From: Camelus dromedarius
Lineage: Eukaryota
DNA length: 64,000 bases
Assembly (NCBI RefSeq): GCF_036321535.1
Contig: NC_087437.1
Coordinates: 2,046,001 to 2,110,000, forward strand
Direction of reading: 5' to 3'
The notes under the pieces were generated by a model. That model worked only from the letters and a program-made list of their open reading frames with translations, ran no database searches and was not told where the DNA came from. The position numbers and the translations under genes were made by a program. Below are positions 53,618 to 64,000 of this stretch, one piece after another; position 1 is the first letter of the stretch; every line of letters begins with the position of its first letter.

Positions 53618-56600
53618 GCCTTCTCCTCTTCCTCAAAGAGCTAGATAGTTATATAGACACACTAAAATTCTACTCCAACAGACAGAATTTTAAATGACAC
53701 ACTATCTTACTGCTATGCCTCCCCACATAGATAGATAGCTAGCCAGATCGATAGAGAGGCAGGCAAATAGAGAGTCATACTAGTCGCCTCCTCCTCCGTT
53801 GGAGAGACAGACAGACACACACATAGTCTAGCTTCAACCATCCTCCAATAGATAGTCATTCAGGCAAGCAGTCAAACAGACAGACACACCAGAGGCGGGG
53901 TGCCGTCTGCCTACCTGGTTCGGCGGCGGGGCCCGGGGAAGAGGGTGCCCCTGGTGAACCAGAGGATTTTCTCCCATGTCCCTAGCTGCCTTGCCTCTGG
54001 GCGGCCTCCGCTAACCCAAGTTCGCCGGACGCAAGCCTTTGAAGTCAGCCTGCTCCTGGGAGCCGGCGAGGTAAGGACAGGGGAAGTGGTCAGCGGCAGA
54101 CACGGAGGCGGCCCAGAACGCAAGAGGGATGCCTCGGCGAGTCGGTCATTTTCCTACCATCCCCCCTCTCCTGGCCTCGGGGCGGCCTCTGCTACCGCAG
54201 GTGTGCGGCAATTAATTCTCCTTGTCAGCCAGGTCCTGGGAGTCTGTCCAGGTGAGCCCAAGGGACACGGACGTCGCGGGGAGCGGACTGCCTCGGGTTA
54301 GCCGATCAGTTTGCTCCCATCCCCACAAGCGCCTGGCCTGGGGGCGGCCTGTCCTGCGCCAGGTTCAGAGTATGCACGTTTCCAGCTCAGCCAGCCCACC
54401 CGAGGCCGGCGCGCTGTGATCAGGGTCTGCAATGAGAAGTCGGGGCTGACTCACCGAGCCCGTGTATTTGTTCAGATCTCCCTCTTGGCTGGTCCTGGGC
54501 TAGGCCTCTACTACCCTAGGTCCACGAGGTGCTCATCTCTGTGTTTTTCAGCTCCGGGGAAGCCAGTGCGGGGTGGTCAGGGGGCGGGGAGGGGGCGGGG
54601 CGGGGGCGGGGCGGGGGCAGCTACAGAGAGGGCTGAAGCGGGATGCACGGGCTGCCCAGGCAAGCCTGCGGAATTCCATCCAGTGTCCCCCTCGGCCTGC
54701 AATGCGGGCGCCCTCTGCTGCTTCAGGGTGGCAATTGGCATCCCTCCAGGTGGGTCGAGTACTGGGAGGCTTCCTCCTTTAGACAGACAGAGAGACAAAT
54801 AAAGAGACAGACAGACACACTAGCCTCTTCATCCATTGAGAAACAGCCGTATATCCTAACCTCCTCCTCCTCATTCATTATATAGGTAGACAGATACATA
54901 TATAGACAGACACACACACACACATACACACACTAGCCTCTTCCTACTCCTCAATTAAGTAGGTAGAGAGACACACTAATCTCCTCCTCCTTTAGATAAT
55001 ACATAGACAAACTTAATACATTTTTCTCCTCCTCCATTAGATAGATGGAAAGTGAGATTGACCGATACACCCAGTAGCCGCTACCTTCTCCTGTTAGAGA
55101 TACCGAGAGATAGCCAGACACATGGGATTATTTCTTCTTCTCCATTTGATATAGATAGAGACACACTCACAGACACACAGACAGACAGACACACTACTCT
55201 TCTCCTGCTCTGACAGACAGAGAGATAGACACTCTAGCCTCCTCCTTCTTCTCGAATACATACAGCTGCATAGATAGATATCTCCTATATAGACAGACAG
55301 ACTTACTAGCTTACTCCTCGTCCATTCGATGCACACATAGACTGTTAGACAGACACAGTAGCCTCTTCCCCTCTTTGTTACACATACTTTGATAAAGAGA
55401 CCCGCACGCACACACACACACACATACACACAGGCTAGCATCCTCCTCTTCCTCAAGTAGGTAGATAGGGAGATAGAAACACTAAATTCCTGCTCCGACA
55501 GACACACAAATAAAAAGACACACTTGCCTACTGCTGTGCCTGAACTACATAGGTCGATTTTTACACAGATTGATAGATACACAGATAGATAGAGAGATAG
55601 ATAGGTAGAGAGGCAGGCAAATGGAGAGACATAATTTTCGCCTCCTCCTCCAGTAGATATATAGACAGACACACACATAGTCTAGCCTCTCGCATCCTCC
55701 AATAGATAGACAATCAGCCAGGCAGTCAGACAGACTGACACACGTGAGGCGCTGTGCAGTTTGGGGTTGGGTTTCAGCGGCGTCCACCGTGGACAGTTGT
55801 GCCCCTGGCGAGTCATAGGATTTTATCCCATGTCCCTAGCTGCCTTGCCTGCGGGCGGCCCCCGCTCCCCCAAATTCGACGGACTGAAGCTTTCAAGTTA
55901 GCCTGCTCGTGGCAGCAGGCGTTGTAAGGAAAGTGGAAGAGGTGAGCGGCAGCTCCGGAAGCGGCAGAGCATCTAAGGGGGATGCCTCGGCGAATCGGTC
56001 ATTTTCCTCCCATTTCCCCCTCTCCTGGCCTCGGGCAGCCTCTGCTACCCCAGGAGTGCGGGATTTCGTTGTCCTTGTCAGCCAGGTCCTAGGAAGCTGT
56101 CGAGGTGTGCTCAGGGAACAGGGATGTCGCTTCTAGAGGACTGCCTCGGGTGAGCCGATCAGTTTGCTCCCATCTCCACAAGCGCCTGGCCTGGGGGCGG
56201 CCTCTCCTTCCCCAGGTTCCCAGTATGCATGTTTCCAGCTCAGCCTGTGCCCTTAGGCAGGCGCGGTGTTCTTAGGGGCTGCATTGAGGAGGCGGGGCTG
56301 CTCCACCGAGCCCGTGTATTTGCACAGATCTCCCCGTTGACCGGTCCTAGGGTTGGTCTCTGCTACCCTAGGTACACGATGTACACATCTCGTTGTTTTC
56401 CGGCCCCCGGGAGGCAAGTGCGGGGTGGTCAGGGGGCGGGGGGGGGGGGGTGGCGTTGGCGCCTACACAGAGGGAGGAAGAGGGATGCACGGGCTGTCCA
56501 GGGAAGCCTGTGGATTTCCATCCAGTGTCCCCCTCGGCGTGCAATGATGGCACCCTCTGCTGCTTCAGGGTGACAATTGGCATCCCTCCAGCTGGGCCTA

Positions 56601-59120
56601 ATAAAGGGAGGCTTCCTCCATTAGACAGACAGAGAGACATATAAAGAGACAGACAGACACACTAGCCTCTTCATCCATTGAGAAACAGCCGTATATCCTA
56701 ACCTCCTCCTCCTCATTCATTATATAGGTAGGCAGATACATATATAGACAGACACACACACACACATACACACACTAGCCTCTTCCTACTCCTCAATTAT
56801 GTAGGTAGAGAGACACACTAATCTCCTCCTCCATTAGATAATACATAGACAAACTTAATACATTTTTCTCCTCCTCCATTAGATAGATGGAAAGTGAGAT
56901 TGACCGATACACCCAGTAGCCGCTACCTTCTCCTGTTAGAGATACCGAGAGATAGCCAGACACATGGGATTATTTCTTCTTCTCCATTTGATATAGATAG
57001 AGACACACTCACAGACACACAGACAGACAGACACACTACTCTTCTCCTGCTCTGACAGACAGAGAGATAGACACTCTAGCCTCCTCCTTCTTCTCGAATA
57101 CATACAGCTGCATAGATAGATATCTCCTATATAGACAGACAGACTTACTAGCTTACTCCTCGTCCATTCGATGCACACATAGACTGTTAGACAGACACAG
57201 TAGCCTCTTCCCCTCTTTGTTACACATACTTTGATAAAGAGACCCGCACGCACACACACACACACATACACACAGGCTAGCATCCTCCTCTTCCTCAAGT
57301 AGGTAGATAGGGAGATAGAAACACTAAATTCCTGCTCCGACAGACACACAAATAAAAAGACACACTTGCCTACTGCTGTGCCTGAACTACATAGGTCGAT
57401 TTTTACACAGATTGATAGATACACAGATAGATAGAGAGATAGATAGGTAGAGAGGCAGGCAAATGGAGAGACATAATTTTCGCCTCCTCCTCCAGTAGAT
57501 ATATAGACAGACACACACATAGTCTAGCCTCTCGCATCCTCCAATAGATAGACAATCAGCCAGGCAGTCAGACAGACTGACACACGTGAGGCGCTGTGCA
57601 GTTTGGGGTTGGGTTTCAGCGGCGTCCACCGGGGACAGTTGTGCCCCTGGCGAGTCATAGGATTTTATCCCATGTCCCTAGCTGCCTTGCCTGCGGGCGG
57701 CCCCCGCTCCCCCAAATTCGACGAACTGAAGCTTTCAAGTTAGCCTGCTCGTGGCAGCAGGCGTTGTAAGGAAAGTGGAAGAGGTCAGCGGCAGCTCCGG
57801 AAGCGGCAGAGCATCTAAGGGGGATGCCTTGGCGAATCGGTCATTTTCCTCCCATTTCCCCCTCTCCTGGCCTCGGGGCAGCCTCTGCTACCGCAGGAGT
57901 GCGGGATTTCGTTGTCCTTCTCAGCCAGGTCCTAGGAAGCTGTCGAGGTGTGCTCAGGGAACAGGGATTTTACTTCTAGAGGACTGCCTCGGGTGAGCCG
58001 ATCAGTTTGCTCCCATCTCCAAAAGCGCCTGGCCTGGGGGCGGCCTCTCCTTCCCCAGGTTCCCAGTATGCATGTTTCCAGCTCAGCCTGTGCCCTTAGG
58101 CAGGCGCGGTGTTCTTAGGGGCTGCATTGAGGAGGCGGGGCTGCTCCACCGAGCCCGTGTATTTGCACAGATCTCCCCGTTGACCGGTCCTAGGGTTGGT
58201 CTCTGCTACCCTAGTTACACGATGTACACATCTCGGTGTTTTCCGGCTCCCGGGAGGCAAGTGCGGGGTGGTCAGGGGGCGGGGTGGGGGGTTGGAGTGG
58301 CGGTGGCGCCTACACAGAGGGAAGAAGAGGGATGCACGGGCTGTCCAGGGAAGCCTGTGGATTTCCATCCAGTGTCCCCCTCGGCGTGCAATAAGGGCGC
58401 CCTCTGCTGCTTCAGGGTGGGATTTGGCAACCCTCCAGCTGGGCCTAATAAAGGGAGGCTTCCTCCATTAGAGAGAGAGACATAAAATAGACAGACAGAC
58501 ACACTAGCCTCTTCCTCCATTTAGAAACACCCATATGTCTTAACCTTCTCCTCCTAATCCATTATATAGGTAGACAGATACATACATAGACAGACAGACA
58601 GACAGACACACACACACACACAAACCCAAACCCACACACAACCTTCCCTCCTACCAGTCCTCAATTAAGTAGGTAGAGAGACACACTAATCGCCTTCTCC
58701 ATTAGATAATAAACAGACAAACGGTATAGACTATTTCTACTCCTCATTTAGATAGATGGAATGTGAGACTGACGCATTCACACACTAGCCTCTACCTTCT
58801 CCTGTTAGAGAGACAGACAGATAGCCAGACTCATGAAATCCTCCATCTTCTCCATTAGATATACATAGAGAAATCTCTAAGATGCACAGTGAGACAAACA
58901 CTAGTCTTCTCCTCCTCTGACAGGCCGAGGGATAGATAATCAAGCCTCCTCATTCTTTTCCATTAGGTATAGTTACATACATACATATCTGATAATAGAC
59001 AGCCAGACAGACATACTAGCCTACTCTTCCTCCATCAGATACATACATAGACTGATAGACAGATACAGTAGGCTCCTCCCCCTTTAGATACAGATACATA
59101 GATAGACATCCCCACGAGCC

Positions 59121-59161
<41 letters not shown>

Positions 59162-60774
59162 GCCTTCTCCTCTTCCTCAAAGAGCTAGATAGTTATATAG
59201 ACACACTAAAATTCTACTCCAACAGACAGAATTTTAAATGACACACTATCTTACTGCTATGCCTCCCCACATAGATAGATAGCTAGCCAGATCGATAGAG
59301 AGGCAGGCAAATAGAGAGTCATACTAGTCGCCTCCTCCTCCGTTGGAGAGACAGACAGACACACACATAGTCTAGCTTCAACCATCCTCCAATAGATAGT
59401 CATTCAGGCAAGCAGTCAAACAGACAGACACACCAGAGGCGGGGTGCCGTCTGCCTACCTGGTTCGGCGGCGGGGCCCGGGGAAGAGGGTGCCCCTGGTG
59501 AACCAGAGGATTTTCTCCCATGTCCCTAGCTGCCTTGCCTCTGGGCGGCCTCCGCTAACCCAAGTTCGCCGGACGCAAGCCTTTGAAGTCAGCCTGCTCC
59601 TGGGAGCCGGCGAGGTAAGGACAGGGGAAGTGGTCAGCGGCAGACACGGAGGCGGCCCAGAACGCAAGAGGGATGCCTCGGCGAGTCGGTCATTTTCCTA
59701 CCATCCCCCCTCTCCTGGCCTCGGGGCGGCCTCTGCTACCGCAGGTGTGCGGCAATTAATTCTCCTTGTCAGCCAGGTCCTGGGAGTCTGTCCAGGTGAG
59801 CCCAAGGGACACGGACGTCGCGGGGAGCGGACTGCCTCGGGTTAGCCGATCAGTTTGCTCCCATCCCCACAAGCGCCTGGCCTGGGGGCGGCCTGTCCTG
59901 CGCCAGGTTCAGAGTATGCACGTTTCCAGCTCAGCCAGCCCACCCGAGGCCGGCGCGCTGTGATCAGGGTCTGCAATGAGAAGTCGGGGCTGACTCACCG
60001 AGCCCGTGTATTTGTTCAGATCTCCCTCTTGGCTGGTCCTGGGCTAGGCCTCTACTACCCTAGGTCCACGAGGTGCTCATCTCTGTGTTTTTCAGCTCCG
60101 GGGAAGCCAGTGCGGGGTGGTCAGGGGGCGGGGAGGGGGCGGGGCGGGGGCGGGGCGGGGGCAGCTACAGAGAGGGCTGAAGCGGGATGCACGGGCTGCC
60201 CAGGCAAGCCTGCGGAATTCCATCCAGTGTCCCCCTCGGCCTGCAATGCGGGCGCCCTCTGCTGCTTCAGGGTGGCAATTGGCATCCCTCCAGGTGGGTC
60301 GAGTACTGGGAGGCTTCCTCCTTTAGACAGACAGAGAGACAAATAAAGAGACAGACAGACACACTAGCCTCTTCATCCATTGAGAAACAGCCGTATATCC
60401 TAACCTCCTCCTCCTCATTCATTATATAGGTAGACAGATACATATATAGACAGACACACACACACACATACACACACTAGCCTCTTCCTACTCCTCAATT
60501 AAGTAGGTAGAGAGACACACTAATCTCCTCCTCCTTTAGATAATACATAGACAAACTTAATACATTTTTCTCCTCCTCCATTAGATAGATGGAAAGTGAG
60601 ATTGACCGATACACCCAGTAGCCGCTACCTTCTCCTGTTAGAGATACCGAGAGATAGCCAGACACATGGGATTATTTCTTCTTCTCCATTTGATATAGAT
60701 AGAGACACACTCACAGACACACAGACAGACAGACACACTACTCTTCTCCTGCTCTGACAGACAGAGAGATAGAC

Positions 60775-60791
60775 ACGCAGCGCTCGACTGT
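60775..60791 (-). other. Foreign oligo ACGCAGCGCTCGACTGT; probable PacBio barcode (bc1008 plus T overhang) remnant
   Basis: Replaces TCTAGCCTCCTCC in the spacer (sister copies read AGACACTCTAGCCTCCTCCTTCTTCTCG). Identical 17-mer to 11649-11665. Confidence 0.88.
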
Positions 60792-62823
60792 TCTTCTCGA
60801 ATACATACAGCTGCATAGATAGATATCTCCTATATAGACAGACAGACTTACTAGCTTACTCCTCGTCCATTCGATGCACACATAGACTGTTAGACAGACA
60901 CAGTAGCCTCTTCCCCTCTTTGTTACACATACTTTGATAAAGAGACCCGCACGCACACACACACACACATACACACAGGCTAGCATCCTCCTCTTCCTCA
61001 AGTAGGTAGATAGGGAGATAGAAACACTAAATTCCTGCTCCGACAGACACACAAATAAAAAGACACACTTGCCTACTGCTGTGCCTGAACTACATAGGTC
61101 GATTTTTACACAGATTGATAGATACACAGATAGATAGAGAGATAGATAGGTAGAGAGGCAGGCAAATGGAGAGACATAATTTTCGCCTCCTCCTCCAGTA
61201 GATATATAGACAGACACACACATAGTCTAGCCTCTCGCATCCTCCAATAGATAGACAATCAGCCAGGCAGTCAGACAGACTGACACACGTGAGGCGCTGT
61301 GCAGTTTGGGGTTGGGTTTCAGCGGCGTCCACCGTGGACAGTTGTGCCCCTGGCGAGTCATAGGATTTTATCCCATGTCCCTAGCTGCCTTGCCTGCGGG
61401 CGGCCCCCGCTCCCCCAAATTCGACGGACTGAAGCTTTCAAGTTAGCCTGCTCGTGGCAGCAGGCGTTGTAAGGAAAGTGGAAGAGGTCAGCGGCAGCTC
61501 CGGAAGCGGCAGAGCATCTAAGGGGGATGCCTTGGCGAATCGGTCATTTTCCTCCCATTTCCCCCTCTCCTGGCCTCGGGGCAGCCTCTGCTACCGCAGG
61601 AGTGCGGGATTTCGTTGTCCTTCTCAGCCAGGTCCTAGGAAGCTGTCGAGGTGTGCTCAGGGAACAGGGATTTTACTTCTAGAGGACTGCCTCGGGTGAG
61701 CCGATCAGTTTGCTCCCATCTCCAAAAGCGCCTGGCCTGGGGGCGGCCTCTCCTTCCCCAGGTTCCCAGTATGCATGTTTCCAGCTCAGCCTGTGCCCTT
61801 AGGCAGGCGCGGTGTTCTTAGGGGCTGCATTGAGGAGGCGGGGCTGCTCCACCGAGCCCGTGTATTTGCACAGATCTCCCCGTTGACCGGTCCTAGGGTT
61901 GGTCTCTGCTACCCTAGTTACACGATGTACACATCTCGGTGTTTTCCGGCTCCCGGGAGGCAAGTGCGGGGTGGTCAGGGGGCGGGGTGGGGGGTTGGAG
62001 TGGCGGTGGCGCCTACACAGAGGGAAGAAGAGGGATGCACGGGCTGTCCAGGGAAGCCTGTGGATTTCCATCCAGTGTCCCCCTCGGCGTGCAATAAGGG
62101 CGCCCTCTGCTGCTTCAGGGTGGGATTTGGCATCCCTCCAGCTGGGCCTAATAAAGGGAGGCTTCCTCCATTAGAGAGAGAGACATAAAATAGACAGACA
62201 GACACACTAGCCTCTTCCTCCATTTAGAAACACCCATATGTCTTAACCTTCTCCTCCTAATCCATTATATAGGTAGACAGATACATACATAGACAGACAG
62301 ACAGACAGACACACACACACACACAAACCCAAACCCACACACAACCTTCCCTCCTACCAGTCCTCAATTAAGTAGGTAGAGAGACACACTAATCGCCTTC
62401 TCCATTAGATAATAAACAGACAAACGGTATAGACTATTTCTACTCCTCATTTAGATAGATGGAATGTGAGACTGACGCATTCACACACTAGCCTCTACCT
62501 TCTCCTGTTAGAGAGACAGACAGATAGCCAGACTCATGAAATCCTCCATCTTCTCCATTAGATATACATAGAGAAATCTCTAAGATGCACAGTGAGACAA
62601 ACACTAGTCTTCTCCTCCTCTGACAGGCCGAGGGATAGATAATCAAGCCTCCTCATTCTTTTCCATTAGGTATAGTTACATACATACATATCTGATAATA
62701 GACAGCCAGACAGACATACTAGCCTACTCTTCCTCCATCAGATACATACATAGACTGATAGACAGATACAGTAGGCTCCTCCCCCTTTAGATACAGATAC
62801 ATAGATAGACATCCCCACGAGCC

Positions 62824-62864
<41 letters not shown>

Positions 62865-64000
62865 GCCTTCTCCTCTTCCTCAAAGAGCTAGATAGTTATA
62901 TAGACACACTAAAATTCTACTCCAACAGACAGAATTTTAAATGACACACTATCTTACTGCTATGCCTCCCCACATAGATAGATAGCTAGCCAGATCGATA
63001 GAGAGGCAGGCAAATAGAGAGTCATACTAGTCGCCTCCTCCTCCGTTGGAGAGACAGACAGACACACACATAGTCTAGCTTCAACCATCCTCCAATAGAT
63101 AGTCATTCAGGCAAGCAGTCAAACAGACAGACACACCAGAGGCGGGGTGCCGTCTGCCTACCTGGTTCGGCGGCGGGGCCCGGGGAAGAGGGTGCCCCTG
63201 GTGAACCAGAGGATTTTCTCCCATGTCCCTAGCTGCCTTGCCTCTGGGCGGCCTCCGCTAACCCAAGTTCGCCGGACGCAAGCCTTTGAAGTCAGCCTGC
63301 TCCTGGGAGCCGGCGAGGTAAGGACAGGGGAAGTGGTCAGCGGCAGACACGGAGGCGGCCCAGAACGCAAGAGGGATGCCTCGGCGAGTCGGTCATTTTC
63401 CTACCATCCCCCCTCTCCTGGCCTCGGGGCGGCCTCTGCTACCGCAGGTGTGCGGCAATTAATTCTCCTTGTCAGCCAGGTCCTGGGAGTCTGTCCAGGT
63501 GAGCCCAAGGGACACGGACGTCGCGGGGAGCGGACTGCCTCGGGTTAGCCGATCAGTTTGCTCCCATCCCCACAAGCGCCTGGCCTGGGGGCGGCCTGTC
63601 CTGCGCCAGGTTCAGAGTATGCACGTTTCCAGCTCAGCCAGCCCACCCGAGGCCGGCGCGCTGTGATCAGGGTCTGCAATGAGAAGTCGGGGCTGACTCA
63701 CCGAGCCCGTGTATTTGTTCAGATCTCCCTCTTGGCTGGTCCTGGGCTAGGCCTCTACTACCCTAGGTCCACGAGGTGCTCATCTCTGTGTTTTTCAGCT
63801 CCGGGGAAGCGAGTGCGGGGTGGTCAGGGGGCGGGGAGGGGGCGGGGCGGGGGCGGGGCGGGGGCAGCTACAGAGAGGGCTGAAGCGGGATGCACGGGCT
63901 GCCCAGGCAAGCCTGCGGATTTCCATCCAGTGTCCCCCTCGGCCTGCAATGCGGGCGCCCTCTGCTGCTTCAGGGTGGCAATTGGCATCCCTCCAGGTGG

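Larger units (their letters stand above)
4024..63147. repeat. Higher-order repeat, predominantly a 3-monomer unit of ~5.54 kb
   Basis: C-monomer anchors at 4024, 9557, 16956, 22483, 28015, 33559, 39114, 42818, 48357, 53900, 59444, 63147 give spacings of 5533, 7399, 5527, 5532, 5544, 5555, 3704, 5539, 5543, 5544, 3703: eight trimers, one tetramer, two dimers. Confidence 0.95.
1..64000. repeat. Tandem macrosatellite array, ~1.85 kb monomer, ~35 copies, all in the same orientation; runs off both window ends
   Basis: Homologous GC-rich blocks recur every ~1.84-1.85 kb. There are 23 A/B/X-type blocks (anchor ATGTTTCCAGCTCAGCC at 814, 2662, 6346, 8185, 11892, 13746, 15594 ... 61775) and 12 C-type blocks (anchor GTGCCGTCTGCC at 4024, 9557 ... 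63147). I saw no unique sequence between copies. Confidence 0.98.

Noticed and set aside
9604..60791. Foreign 17-mer as a novel mobile element, recombinase scar or programmed editing site
   Set aside because: No target duplication, no common target motif, no spread to sister copies, and an exact match to my recollection of PacBio bc1008. A technical origin is far more parsimonious, pending a read-level check.
66..63666. Recurring short ORFs (MFPAQPV..., MAAGVVRK..., MPSAYLV..., Cys/Val/Leu/Ser-rich minus-strand ORFs)
   Set aside because: They overlap in several frames and on both strands, show no domain I recognise, and are freely frameshifted by G-run and CA-length changes. The minus-strand ones are microsatellite translations.

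Overview
The whole window is one head-to-tail tandem macrosatellite, probably eukaryotic and likely vertebrate (family not identified). It holds about 35 monomers of ~1.85 kb. Each monomer is a ~0.97 kb low-complexity spacer (degenerate CTAGCCTCCTCCTCCATTAGATAGA(CAGA)nCACA subrepeats plus (CA)n) followed by a ~0.87 kb GC/CpG-rich block built from five diverged ~160-200 bp subunits. Monomers form a higher-order repeat: mostly trimers of ~5.54 kb (two similar monomers, A/X and B, plus one diverged monomer, C), with one tetramer, two dimers and several recombinant monomers. I find no credible protein-coding gene, RNA gene, transposon or CRISPR array; the ORF track reflects the repeat. The main anomaly is a 15-17 nt foreign oligo, ACGCAGCGCTCGACTGT, that overwrites repeat sequence at three unrelated positions (9604, 11649, 60775). 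As I recall it, this is the reverse complement of PacBio barcode bc1008, so it is most likely untrimmed adapter in the assembly and not new biology. It also casts doubt on the neighbouring repeat-order irregularities. I found no supportable novel biological system beyond the satellite architecture.
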